Of a DNA stretch of 57,804 bases, positions 22,749 through 34,700 are shown piece by piece (within the stretch, counting starts at the first letter, position 1; the number at the start of each line of letters is the position of its first letter). Origin of the DNA: a virus; IMG/VR virus record IMGVR_UViG_3300045988_015817; one strand, 5' to 3'. Under the pieces are notes generated by a model that made no database searches, was not told where the DNA came from, and was given only the letters and a program-made list of their open reading frames with translations. The translations under genes were made by a program, and so were the position numbers.

Positions 22749-24188
22749 TTATGCTTTGATATTAAAATGTAATTCGCTATAATATGTATTAGCGAATGTC
22801 GCTAATGGCTTTCCCTTGTTAATCTTTAGCTTATATGTTGGATAAACTGGAACAAGATACCAATCATTTTTGCTATCTAATTTTATAGTCGGTTCGTTGG
22901 CACTCATTTTGGAAGGGTCAAGCAATGAATCATGTTCATTAATAAATGTTATTGCTGTGTCGCCCAGATTTGTTTTCTGATTTAAAATCGTTAAACCATC
23001 AATATTAAAATTATAATATGTTCCTTTTCTAGTTACGCTTACAGATTTAGCAGTTACTAAATCGGTGTCAACTAAATAAGTCCATTCACCATTGGCAATC
23101 AGATCTACTGTTGGGTCCTGAACTCCACCTTGGACTACAGCTCCAAATGCTTGAGCTTGACATGTACCAGTACACGTTGCTGAGCAGGTAGTAGCACATG
23201 CGTTTTTACATTGTCCACTGCATTCATTACTACAACCATCACATCCCGAACCACAACCAGAACAACCGCTACATCCTCCAGAACAACCGCTACATCCTCC
23301 AGAACAACCAGAACAGCCTTGACATCCTGTTGTACATGCTGATTCACATGATCCTTCGCACCCACTACAATTACTAAAGCAACCAGCGTCACAAGACCCA
23401 TCACAGCCAGCATAGCACCCATCGCAATTGCCTCCGCATCCACTTGATCCAGAACATCCTCCACAAGATGAACATGAAGAACACGAACTAGCACAGCCAG
23501 TGCAACTATAGCATGTGGCACAAGCCGAACCTTTTCCTTTCGATGAACACGAACTAGAACAAGATCCTCCGCATCCGGCGCATCCTGAGCATCCTTCACA
23601 TGATCCCGAGCACCCACTGCACCCACTGCACGATTTCCCACACCCTTCACAAGATCCAGAACATCCTCCTTGGCATCCACTGCTACACCCTATGCAACCA
23701 GAGCAAGAATTACACCCGCCGCAATTTCCACTACATCCACCACAACCACTAGAGCCACTACCTCCAGATCCACCAGATCCGCTACATCCGCCAGAACAGC
23801 TACTACAACCACTACATGTATTACCACACGTCCCTACACATAGTCCAGAGCATGCTCCACGACATGAAGAGGTAGCCCCATCGATTGGCTCTTTAGACAA
23901 CGAGTCAGTGTAAGATAGTAATTCGTTGTTAAATGATGACGGAATCTTAGCGCCTGTCTTAAGATCGACAGTATTCAAATTGCCATGATCTTTAATGTTC
24001 AACAAAGGCTCGATTACTTTTTTACCTTGGTCTGCTGTGACTTTGGTTCCAGATGTAGGAGTTGTGGAGAAGTCGTACGATGCAGATGCGAACCCAGTCA
24101 TAGAACCATTGTATGCTCTACGTTGCATTTCAGTTTTTACCTTGGCTTTAAGAGTGTTCATTTCTGCCGCGGTAAGAAAATTAGGCAT
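22749..24188 (-). CDS. Cys/Gly/Ser-repeat protein with globular N- and C-terminal domains (putative fibre-like structural protein and rSAM substrate, 479 aa)
   Basis: Track start (GTG 24197) moved to ATG 24188 (AAGGAGG SD). The central ~235 aa contains about 62 Cys spaced Cx2C/Cx3C. The C-terminus is beta-rich. Confidence 0.85.
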   Translation of the reverse strand: MPNFLTAAEMNTLKAKVKTEMQRRAYNGSMTGFASASYDFSTTPTSGTKVTADQGKKVIEPLLNIKDHGNLNTVDLKTGAKIPSSFNNELLSYTDSLSKEPIDGATSSCRGACSGLCVGTCGNTCSGCSSCSGGCSGSGGSGGSGSSGCGGCSGNCGGCNSCSGCIGCSSGCQGGCSGSCEGCGKSCSGCSGCSGSCEGCSGCAGCGGSCSSSCSSKGKGSACATCYSCTGCASSCSSCSSCGGCSGSSGCGGNCDGCYAGCDGSCDAGCFSNCSGCEGSCESACTTGCQGCSGCSGGCSGCSGGCSGCSGCGSGCDGCSNECSGQCKNACATTCSATCTGTCQAQAFGAVVQGGVQDPTVDLIANGEWTYLVDTDLVTAKSVSVTRKGTYYNFNIDGLTILNQKTNLGDTAITFINEHDSLLDPSKMSANEPTIKLDSKNDWYLVPVYPTYKLKINKGKPLATFANTYYSELHFNIKA

Positions 24189-24320
24189 TATCTTCACCCT
24201 CCTTTTTAAAAAACTTTATTTGATTTTTCCTCCCGGGGATTTTTTGTATTTCGTTTTTCTTTATCTTTTGTAAAGCGATCAAATCCTGATAAATACATTA
24301 CATAATACCCCCATTTTGAA

Positions 24321-26705
24321 TTAACCCCACGTAGCTGCTAATGGTACCCAGGCAGAACCATTGTAGAATTTAGCCACACCTGAAGTATCAATCCATAGAA
24401 GCTTTGTATTAGATGGGGCTGAAGCGCCGTAATGATATCCTCCAGGATCATCCGATCCAACTGGGTACCAACCTGGACCGCCAAAAGATCCACCGTATGG
24501 AATATAAACATGCATCATTTTACTATTAGGGTTATAGACTAACTGGCCGACATATGGAGAAGATGGAAAACTGCCATTCTCACCAATATAAAGCTCATTA
24601 GTGACATACCAATATTTCCCAGTGTAAACGTATAAAACATTCGTTTCGTTTGGATTCACCCACAAATCTCCAGGCTTAGGATTGGTTGGTTTAGTTGCTC
24701 CATAGCTAACGCCTCCAGACTCTGCTGATTTCTTGATTGACTCTAACAGATATTTACCATTTGGAGCATCTGCGTGGAATGACTGAACATTACCTGGCGA
24801 GATAATGTGAGTAGCTCCATCGAATGCTTTTAGATCGAAATTAGGAAACTCTGTAGCCTGAGTGATCTTCATAGTAGAGGATTGGTATGGGGCGAATACT
24901 GTGGTGTCAGAATCGTCAAGAGTTACCATGATGTCCGAAATCGTAGCATTAACATTTGAAGCTGGGTTATTATGTTGAATCGCAATAATGACATGATGTT
25001 CGCTCCAATCATAAGCATCATGTTTTAAAATATCAGAAAAGTTTTTAACGTATACATTTGTATTTGTAAAAACTTGAATGTACGCTTCAACATTAGTTAC
25101 ACTTTTTTTAGCGATTATTTTTAGGTCATGTCCCGCTTTTAGCATTCTCAAAAGAAATGCATTGCATTCATCAGTACTAATAATGAAAGCTAAAAATGAT
25201 TTTTTAGTTGTTCCTTCGATTTTAATCATTCCTTCTTTTAAAACTGTAAATGTGAGACCGTTATTATTCGTAGTTTTCTGAGCATACGGATAAGCAAGAA
25301 TATTCTTCCCGTATGTCTTAATATCATAGCCTGAGTATGGAACAAATGGATCGTCAGCATTAGTTACAATTCTAATATTTGACACTGTTCCATGAACATC
25401 CCCAGATGTTTTATGATACTGAACTACATAATTGCATTTATAGTTTGTCCAATCATAATCATTTTTTGACAAAGTTTCAACGTTAGTTACCCAAGAACCA
25501 TCATTTTTTTTAAAAATTTGAAAAAACGAGTGCAAATCTCCTTTAATTGTCGTATCATATTTAGAATACAACGTATTTATAACACCATTAAATAGATTCT
25601 CAACATTCTCATATAACGCAAAACCAGGTTGTATATCGCCTGATATGGTGCCATCCAATGATACTGTTCCTTCTTTAGTGTATACCATGGTCACACCGTG
25701 TGAAATGCTTCCGTTAGCTTTAACATATGGAAAAGGTAATAAATTCCTCGTAGCCTTGCCAATCATCAACGGGGCTTCTACAGTACCTACGAGATCCATT
25801 TTAGTCGACTCAATTAGCGACACTTTCTCCTTACCTAGCTTTTCTGTTTCTAGAGTAAGTTTAGCACCAAGGTCGCCTTCGAGTTTGTTTTTCATATTCT
25901 CAAACCACTTATCGAACTCGGCCTGAGATGATTTTTCCCACTGCTGGAATGTTGACCAGTTAGCATCGTAAGCGGCTTTAATCGTAGCAAACCACTGGTC
26001 ATAGCCGTTCTTAATGCTGTCATACCATTTCTGATAGTCCGATTTTGAAGTTGCTTCCCAATCAGCAATCTCTTTCTTAGCGGCAGCAAGCCAAGCCTGA
26101 TAATCCTGTTTCTCACCATTCATCCAAGTATTGAAGTTGGCAGTATTCTCTTCTACAAACCTATTCAGGATATCTTTCCACTGAGGTATAAGCTGTTCAA
26201 TGCTGATTACCTCAAGGATACCTGTAACAAATGGACACACACTCGTCCCTACACAGTTCTCAATGTCTGCCTGTCTAATGGACGTAACCTCTTTGCCAAC
26301 CTTAACGTAAGCCAACGGATACTGATGAACTTCCTTAGCATTTGTCAATGATGGCTTGGTAGGCGTAGAAGATGGCGTTCCTTTAATTAGTTTAATGCTA
26401 TTCGCCCTTACCGCCTCGACAGAGTTGATCTCCAGAACAATTGCGTCGATTCTGTCCATAAGAATCTCTGATGGTGGAATCGTCACTGGGTAAAGTGCAT
26501 CGTTGTAACTCCAAGTATGATTGAACCATGCTCGGCCAGTTCCAACTGTTACGTTCATCTGGTTGCTCTGCTTTACAACAAAACAGTCGCCAATAGATGC
26601 GAATATTCCATCTCGAATTAGACCATCAAATAATCTCGAAATGTCTGTAGCATCATATAATCTATCATGATCTACGGAATTAAAAAATCCAGATGCAAAA
26701 CTCAT
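24321..26705 (-). CDS. Tail fibre / receptor-binding protein (794 aa)
   Basis: Position after Dit and the Gp37-like protein. N-terminus FFNSVDHDRLYDATDISRLFDGLIRDGIF is typical of Firmicutes phage fibre N-termini, as remembered. Two similar internal domains. Confidence 0.7.
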   Translation of the reverse strand: MSFASGFFNSVDHDRLYDATDISRLFDGLIRDGIFASIGDCFVVKQSNQMNVTVGTGRAWFNHTWSYNDALYPVTIPPSEILMDRIDAIVLEINSVEAVRANSIKLIKGTPSSTPTKPSLTNAKEVHQYPLAYVKVGKEVTSIRQADIENCVGTSVCPFVTGILEVISIEQLIPQWKDILNRFVEENTANFNTWMNGEKQDYQAWLAAAKKEIADWEATSKSDYQKWYDSIKNGYDQWFATIKAAYDANWSTFQQWEKSSQAEFDKWFENMKNKLEGDLGAKLTLETEKLGKEKVSLIESTKMDLVGTVEAPLMIGKATRNLLPFPYVKANGSISHGVTMVYTKEGTVSLDGTISGDIQPGFALYENVENLFNGVINTLYSKYDTTIKGDLHSFFQIFKKNDGSWVTNVETLSKNDYDWTNYKCNYVVQYHKTSGDVHGTVSNIRIVTNADDPFVPYSGYDIKTYGKNILAYPYAQKTTNNNGLTFTVLKEGMIKIEGTTKKSFLAFIISTDECNAFLLRMLKAGHDLKIIAKKSVTNVEAYIQVFTNTNVYVKNFSDILKHDAYDWSEHHVIIAIQHNNPASNVNATISDIMVTLDDSDTTVFAPYQSSTMKITQATEFPNFDLKAFDGATHIISPGNVQSFHADAPNGKYLLESIKKSAESGGVSYGATKPTNPKPGDLWVNPNETNVLYVYTGKYWYVTNELYIGENGSFPSSPYVGQLVYNPNSKMMHVYIPYGGSFGGPGWYPVGSDDPGGYHYGASAPSNTKLLWIDTSGVAKFYNGSAWVPLAATWG

Positions 26706-26729
26706 ATTTTTCCTCCTTTATCTTATTCT

Positions 26730-27869
26730 TTAAGAGCCGACTGGTATTCTGTTATCATCGGCGCTTACAAAGTCTGTAAAAGTAGGGTATGAAGTTTCCC
26801 CACTAGAATCTTGGGACATGATAAATTCCGACACGGTCGACGTCCCTTTAATACCATAGTCGTTTTCTATCTGTACTATATCCCCCATTTTGAAATCTCT
26901 TCCATACACAAACATAGTATGAGGATCAACGTCCCCGTCCATAGATATTGTATGTGGTTTCTCAGCCAAAGCTTCTTTGCCCTTCTGAGCAACTACTTTA
27001 AGTCGCTCGGCGTCGCTCATTTTATGGTCCTCATCCTCAGAAGTAATCGACCCAGCATCAACATATATCTCACATCGATGCATACCGCTCAACTGTTCCT
27101 GAGTTTCTCCGTCCCTAGTCACTTCTTTAGTAATCTTCAACGGATTCCCGGATAATGTTTGTGTATCCCCATCTTCTCCAACAGTTAACGCAACATTTGC
27201 GTAATCTTCTTTACTGTCCAAATAAGATGTGTTATTTAAGTTTTCAAATGAAGGACTGAATACAACATACGGAGTTAATTGCTGTGCATAAGATCTATCA
27301 ATACCTTTGTACAGCTCAAACTCGAATTGTTTATTTTCATTTAGTGTAATTTTAAACCCAATTTGCTTCTCGACACAAAGTGAGTTTATTGCCTCGTATA
27401 AGTTTTCATGTTGCTCATATTTAGCGTCAATTGTTAAAGCAGTTATTCTGCTGTCTGTACTCTTCTTGAATACAAAGTTAGAAATCTTTCTTTCTGATTT
27501 TGACGGCGATATGATAGCGTCATTTATTAGCTTCTGTACACCATCTTGGAAATTGCCACTCAGAGTAGTATTGTCCCAGATTATTCTACGCTTTAATAAG
27601 CTCTCAAGGGAATAACCTATTACTTTAATTGTCGGTCCTTCTGTAGCATTTGTTTCTAGAAGCATTCCCTGAATAATCATCATGTGAACTGAACTATCAT
27701 TTTGAAGATAGTAGTCGTTGACTAGATAAGGGAATACCCCATCCATATCCAAAGTGAGGTATAGTTCAAAGTCTCCATTCTCTTGATATCTATCAGTCCA
27801 AATGAAGGACTTGAACCTGTCAATGATGGCTACTTTTTCAAACCGTGAGTTTAATATTGTAGCTTCCAT
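26730..27869 (-). CDS. Baseplate/tail-tip protein, Siphovirus Gp37-like (379 aa)
   Basis: ILNSRFEKVAIIDRFKSFIWTDRYQENGDFELYL resembles the Sipho_Gp37 N-terminal signature. Sits immediately after Dit. Confidence 0.65.
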   Translation of the reverse strand: MEATILNSRFEKVAIIDRFKSFIWTDRYQENGDFELYLTLDMDGVFPYLVNDYYLQNDSSVHMMIIQGMLLETNATEGPTIKVIGYSLESLLKRRIIWDNTTLSGNFQDGVQKLINDAIISPSKSERKISNFVFKKSTDSRITALTIDAKYEQHENLYEAINSLCVEKQIGFKITLNENKQFEFELYKGIDRSYAQQLTPYVVFSPSFENLNNTSYLDSKEDYANVALTVGEDGDTQTLSGNPLKITKEVTRDGETQEQLSGMHRCEIYVDAGSITSEDEDHKMSDAERLKVVAQKGKEALAEKPHTISMDGDVDPHTMFVYGRDFKMGDIVQIENDYGIKGTSTVSEFIMSQDSSGETSYPTFTDFVSADDNRIPVGS

Positions 27870-27885
27870 TATTTACCTCCTTAAA

Positions 27886-28794
27886 TCATACTCCTTCATA
27901 GATTGTATCATTTTCAATCTTGAACTGAATACTCATTGCACCTTCTGTAGCATTGTAAATGAAGATGTTATCTCCTTTCGACAGCTGGAACCAACTAGAT
28001 CCTTTGCCTAGGCAATTGAGAATATTTGTTGTTAGTCCAGCTCTCAATAATGTAACTGACTTTTCACCTCGCTTGGTATTGATGATAATATCATCTCCAG
28101 CGCCATATGCTTGCCCAGTTAAGGTCTGTATAAAGTCAGTATTTATCCTCATAACTTCACGAGTTCTAGCATTATAGATTACGATATCTTTTACCGTATC
28201 TAATGCATGAATCGTTATTATTATACCAACTGAAGCATCTCCTTTATACGTTACTATATTCTCGTACATGTGCACGATATCGCCAAAGTTTATGAGCTTT
28301 TCAGTTAATGAGTTGTTTTCAAATGGAAATTCAAATTTAGGATTGACACCACTAAACAATGTAAGCGTCTTTCCATTAGTTGCATAAAAGTATGGATCTG
28401 GACAAATTACGGAAATCTGAGTTGCTTCATGTTCCTGGAATATTGCAGGCTCATTTGACTCGACGTAACCGAAAGCGTCAAGAGATCTCTGATCCGTTAC
28501 GAATGTCAACGTGATATATCTCTTGATAGGGAAATACTTATATGTAGTATGCCTGATGGTTTCAATGTCTGTTCCGAATCTAAAGTCCAGATCCATAACA
28601 ATGTTTCTAGTTTCAAGCTTAGCACTATTGTATAATGCTCCGTCGCCGGTCGCTATCTCACTAGTATTGATCGTGGCCTTTACGGGCCCTAATCCGTCGA
28701 TGTTTGTTATAGCTAGACCCGAAACCTCAGGCCTAGCTAATTCCATTTCTATGGATTCCCCTAAATAATTAGTAACAATTACTTTCTTTATCAT
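27886..28794 (-). CDS. Distal tail protein (Dit) (302 aa)
   Basis: Immediately follows the tape measure (ATGA overlap). N-terminus typical of phage tail family proteins. Confidence 0.75.
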   Translation of the reverse strand: MIKKVIVTNYLGESIEMELARPEVSGLAITNIDGLGPVKATINTSEIATGDGALYNSAKLETRNIVMDLDFRFGTDIETIRHTTYKYFPIKRYITLTFVTDQRSLDAFGYVESNEPAIFQEHEATQISVICPDPYFYATNGKTLTLFSGVNPKFEFPFENNSLTEKLINFGDIVHMYENIVTYKGDASVGIIITIHALDTVKDIVIYNARTREVMRINTDFIQTLTGQAYGAGDDIIINTKRGEKSVTLLRAGLTTNILNCLGKGSSWFQLSKGDNIFIYNATEGAMSIQFKIENDTIYEGV

Positions 28795-31700
28795 TTAAGA
28801 GCCCCCTTTAACTGACTAAACTGATTCTTTGTCTGTCGATATATCTCTGTATTAGATAATGCAACAGGAGAATTGTTTGTCTGATTGAATGTGTAGTTAT
28901 TAGTTACATTGGTACTAGATCCTTTTAGAGCGTGACCAGTTTTACCCCTTCCGCCATTCTGTAATGCCGCCAAAGCTTTTTTAAGATTACTTCCCATTAC
29001 ACCTCCTGCCAAACTGCTAGCTATAGAAGCTGCCAAACCAGCGCTAGTTCCAGCTGCAGAAGATCCAGTCGCAGACGTTACCGCGCCAGATATAATTGCT
29101 GAATTCGTTCCTAGACTCGATAACCCAGATGTGCTAATGCTAGCAGTCAATGTAGGCATTCTTATCGTTGATAATACAGCGTTTACAGCATCTACTAAAG
29201 CTTGAGCAGCACTTACAGCTGAAGGTATTGCACCTTTTATTCCGTTAGCGAATGACGTACCGAGTGAGGTTCCTTTTGATCCGGCTTTTCCACTGCCTTT
29301 TCCAAATTCAGACAACGCTTTATCGACTACAGCTTTACAAGAGGATTCTACAGTTGACAATACTGATGAAGATGAAAGTCCAATAGCAAAGCGCGTACCC
29401 ATAGATTCTCCAGCAGATTTAAAAGCTTTCTTGAAGTTTGTCTCTACGTAATTCGTAAAGGTTGTACAAGCCTTCTTGGCTGATTGCTTTGCAGAATTTG
29501 CAACCCCTTCGGAAGCTGAGTCGATTCCAGCTTTGAACTGGTTTCCAGCTTTCTTACCTGAAGACTTGAATGACGTATCTTTTTTAAGTACTTCGTCAAA
29601 TGACTTAGCTACCGCGTGAACAGTTTTTGTCGCTGCAGATCCTTTGAGGTTCCTAGATGAGCCTTTCTTAGAAGATACATCCTTGCCTGTAGCAGCATCA
29701 ATCATTCCCTGATACATGGAATTGACAGCTCCTAGACCTGCTTCTTTGTACGAATCAGATACTTCTTTAGAAACTTCCTCGTTCATAGATAATGTATCTT
29801 TGTAATACTGATTTATCTGCTTCTTTTCATCTGGTGTCATTTGGAAATACGCATCGACGATATCTGCTCCGTCCAAGCCTTTGTTTATCAACTCTTGCAA
29901 TAGCCTTGGGTCAAGCTCTTTCGACAACACAACAATTTCATCTCGCCATTTCTTAACAGATTCCATATTATCCTTTGCCTGCTGTAAAATTTGATCTTTT
30001 GTCATTTGCATCTTCTCTTTGAATACTGCATTTGTTCGACCAATCTGATCAGCCGTAGCAAGTCTGAATCCTTCGATATACGGTATCGCTTGCGTCCCTA
30101 GACTCTTAAGATAATCCAGCAATCCATCTGCAAATCCCATATTCTTTAGTTCCTCGAGACCTTCGATTACTCTCTTTTCGGCATTAACCTGTGACCACAT
30201 ACGATCGATAATGGTGTCATTGCCGAGATCATTTACTACTTCCTCGTATCTCGTAAAGTAATCCGTAGAACTTGAAATGTCGAAATTAACAAACGACGTG
30301 AAGCTATCGAGACTACTCTTTACAGACTCTGCCATAGACTTTGCAGTATCTTCGATTTTCTTCTTTGCATCGTCCCAATCGCCATTTATCTTCTTGAGGT
30401 TCTTCTCCATTTCTTTTGCTGCTTCTGAAACAGCATTAGGAATTTCTTTTACGTCCTTCTTAACATCTTTTGCAGTTTTCTTTACATTCTTCTTAGCTTT
30501 TTTCTTAGCTGCCTCTTTTTCCTTCTTTAAAGCAAACGACTTGATAATATCATTGGCTCCAGATTTTTGAAGTTTGAGATTCTTAACGTATACACTGTTG
30601 ATTTCTTTACGCTCTTCGTCTGAAAACGTGAGCATCTCTAATACTTTACTAAGATTTCCAGGTCCTTCATCGACCAATTCCTGAACAAGGCGAATATCCC
30701 AACCTTGATTGAGCATCTTCTTTATGGAATTCTTCCATTTAACAGCATCTTGATAGGTTTTCTTATAAGAAGCGATAATATCTTCTTTAGTTTGCTTACT
30801 AGCTTCTGCATACGCTGTGTTTGCCCTATCGATTTCTTCTTTTGAAGCATTTGCAAATAATTTTATGTATGCATAACCAGATTCTCCCATACCTTTAAGA
30901 GTATCAATAAGTCCTTTACTAAGACCATTCTTGGATAATTTCGCAAGGTTATCCTTCATCTCCTGATAACCATCAACCTGACTTTCCATGTTCTTAAGAA
31001 CTGTACTCATCTCATCGTCCATAGAATCAGAGAATTCGGAGAATATGTTCCTAGAGTTATCGAATGCAATATTCGTAAACTTAGTATATTCCTTTATCGA
31101 ATTAATAATATTGTTCCTGTATTCTTTGAACGTCGAGTTAATGTTGGACTGGATCGTCTTTTGATCATCTTTCAGCTGTTTCACAGCATTTTTAATAGCA
31201 GTGTTATTTTCCTTAATAGCCGAATTGAGATTCTTTTTGCTAAGCTTCTTACCTGAAGCGCTAAGACCCTTCTTTAAACGGTCTTGAGTTTTAAGAAGTT
31301 TCTTCAAAGCTGCCTCGTGCTGCTTAACAGACTTAGTGTCTTCCTTATACTGATCTGATTCCTTGTACAAGGCAATAGCAAAATTCTTAATAGTTTTTTC
31401 GGCAGTTTTAGTAGCTTTGCTAACGGTCTTAAGTTTCGGTGTTGTCTTAAGCAGCTCTTTTCCTAAACTCTTAGAGATTTTAGTAATCGTCTCATAAGGA
31501 GTTTTATTAAACGAGCTTACAGCTTTGTCGAAAGTCTTTCCAAACTGATAAGCGACCTTTATGATTTTGGTCATCTTGATCTTTGCTTTCTTGCTGTTCT
31601 TCTTAGACCTACCTGTAATTTTCTTAGAAGTGCTATCATATGCACTAGTTACGCCAGCTCCGGTTTTGTTAGCATTTTTGATAATGTCTTTTGTCGTTTT

Positions 31701-34700
31701 ATCCATTTGGTCTGAAAACGTACTGTTGCCTGCATTAAGAATGCCATTTACAGTCTTCATAACGCCATCAACGTCTTTATTTCCAACCGATTTACTAATG
31801 GATTTCTTAATTCCCTTAACATATCCCGTAACTGTTTTTTGTGCTTTCTTAGCACCGTCTTTTATTCCTTTTCCAGCGCCTAGCAAAGCTCCTCGTCCCA
31901 TGTCAATGCCCGCAAGCTCAACATCTCCAGTTTTAGATTTGACACCTTTGACAAGACCTTCTCCAGCGTAAACTCCAAGTTTATTGGTTTCCTTGGACGG
32001 GGAATGAATGTCAAGGGCTTTCTTTATGCCATTAAGAGCTTCCTTACCAACATCTGCCGCTGCCTTGGCAAGGCCCGCGGCCTTATCTTTTATGCCTTTG
32101 ATGACTCCAGACACAAAATTCTTGCCGACACTTAACCATTTGCTTCCAAAGGATTTTGCCGATTTTATTCCAGAAGAAATAGAATCTTTTATTGTTTTAA
32201 CCATCGTTGATGTTTTAGACTTAATACCCTTCACGAGTCCACTGTTCATTATTTTATTACCGATAGTCTTAAATAAGTCAATTCCACCGGTTAAAACTGT
32301 AACTGCAGCATCAAGTACTGCTATCATCAATTTATTAACAGCTTTTGTAAGTTTTGGGGTATTCTTGTCGATAGCGTCAGCAAGTCCATTGATAAAACTT
32401 ATAATGAGATTAAATCCCGCATCAATAACATCTGGTAATTTGTCAGATATTGCGTTGACGAAATTAATGACTATGTCAATAGCCGATTCTGTTATATCGC
32501 TTATGTGGTCTGCAATTCCAGATATGAAAGCTTCAAGTATATCCATGCCAGCATTAACAATGTTCGGCATATGTTGAGATATTGTCGTTAGTAGTGCGTC
32601 TATTAGTCCCACTACAGTTTCCACTATGTCTGGAGCGCATGTATTAATTACATCAAGAACTGTTAGTAATACTGTTTTAACCATATTACCAATAGCAGAA
32701 GCTCCATTTGCTATTGCTTTACAGAACTCTACTATTCCTTCTCCGATTTTAGAGGCTATTGCAGGTATTAGACCAGCTATTCCAGTTATAATCACAGATA
32801 AGGAAGCTACAATAGCAGTTGCACCTGCTGCGGTCGTACCAGCCAGAGCTGTAAATCCAGCTGCTATAGCTGTCAAACCAACACCAGCCGCTAATAATCC
32901 TGTACCTATACCTAATACTGATACACCGATAAGCGCAAATGCACCTGCCATGCCAAGTATAGCTGGTAATATAGGTACAAGTGCCGCTCCAGCAACTCCA
33001 ATTACTGTAAAAGCACCGGCTAATGTCAATAAACTTTTAGCTATACTACTAACGCTCATATTACCAAGTAATAATAGCTGAGGCGTAAGTATTGCTAATG
33101 CTCCAGCAGCAGTCGTCAATGCTATGCTTCCGGAAATTGTCCCCTTCATTGCATTAAGTGCAATTGCTAAAATACTTAACGAACCACCAATAGCAATTAG
33201 TCCTTTAGCTATTTCTGTCCACTCCATATTTCCGCTGCTAGACAGTGCCGATGTTAAAATATTTAACGCTGTAACAACCGCTATAAGACCAGCGCCTTTT
33301 GCAATCATACCCTTTGGCATAAAATTCATTGCTACTGATAATTCGACTAATGCTGCACCCATAGCAGTAAGACCTTTAGCTATTCCTGTCCAACTCATAC
33401 CAGAAAACCTATTCATAGCCAATGCTAACAAATTCATAGCTATACTCAATGAGATCATCGCAGTTGATGTACTGATTATTTTCTTAGCATTTCCTGTTAA
33501 TGCTGTAAAAGCTGCAATGCTAACAAGTAAAGCAGCAACAGATGTGAGACCTTTTCCAATCTGTTCCCAACTTAAATTTCCGAAATTTTTAACTGCTTGC
33601 GATAGGATTAGCATAGCCAAAGATATTGAAACTATTCCTTTTGAAGCTTTTCCAACTTTATCAATTTCTTTTGATATTGCTTGAAAAGCTAACAGTTCTG
33701 CAAGTAGTCCTCCAACAGCAGTCAAGCCTCTTCCTATCCCAGACAAATCAATAGAAGACAACTTTTTCATAGCTGATGATAGAATAAGTACCGCAGCACT
33801 TATCGATATCATTGCAGCACAAGATTTAGCTACACCTTTCATAGACCCGCTTATTTTACTAAATGCTGCTAATGACAACATTAATTCGCTAAATAAACCA
33901 CTAATTCCAAGTAATGCACTAGCTAATCGGTCAGGTTTAATTGATGCTATTAGCATTAGAGATACAGCTAATATACCTATTGCACTTGCGATTTTAATAA
34001 GCGCATCAGCTCTTAGTTTACTCTGAAATGCTTCAAAGCATTCTCTAACAGGATCTAGAATTTTTGTTATTCCGTCAACCGTCTTTTTAGCATCTTTAAA
34101 GAACGAGTTAAATTGTGCTACAAATTTATTTAATCCGATAAGCATACCAGAAATAAGACCTGTATTTAAAATATCAAGGGCCGACTTTATATCACCACTT
34201 CTAAATGCATTAGACATTCCGCTCCCAAGCATTTTGAAGAATGACGTTACCTTTCCTCCAACTATTGTTATAATTTTCCATATTCCCTTAAGAATAGAAA
34301 CGACTCCTTCGAATCCTGGCAAAGCAATTTTCTGGCCAACAAGTTTTACAAAATTAGTTATTTTATTAGTGACTCTATCTATAGCATCGCCCGATTTTGA
34401 AATAGCATCACCTGCTGATGCAGTTATTGTCAGTAATCCATCAGCGATAGCGGGAAATAGTTTGCTGGCTATTGCTAATGCCACATTTAAACCATTTCCT
34501 ATTAAATTAGTCATGATTTTTATAATCGTAAAGAAACCTTTTAAAGTTCTATAAAGTTTGTCTACCTTGTCCCTGGACATTATTAGTTTCTTAGTGAAAG
34601 CTTCAAATGCATCTGTTATATTTTTTATTTCTTTTGCATTCTTTTCTGGGAAGATTGCCCTGTAGGCAACCTTAAAAGTATCTAATACAGCAACAGCTGC

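Noticed and set aside
23160-23864. CRISPR array or other spacer-repeat structure in the repetitive 23.2-23.9 kb DNA
   Set aside because: The repeats have 3-nt codon periodicity and lie inside a continuous ORF. There is no alternation of repeats and spacers of CRISPR size and no cas genes.
23135-23913. Alternative-frame ORFs inside the Cys-repeat gene: 23135..23680 (-) and 23515..23913 (+, His/Pro-rich)
   Set aside because: These are artefacts of the period-3 TG(C/T)-rich repeat DNA, which stays open in several frames. They have no start context, whereas the Cys/Gly/Ser frame has the SD and continues into the flanking globular domains.
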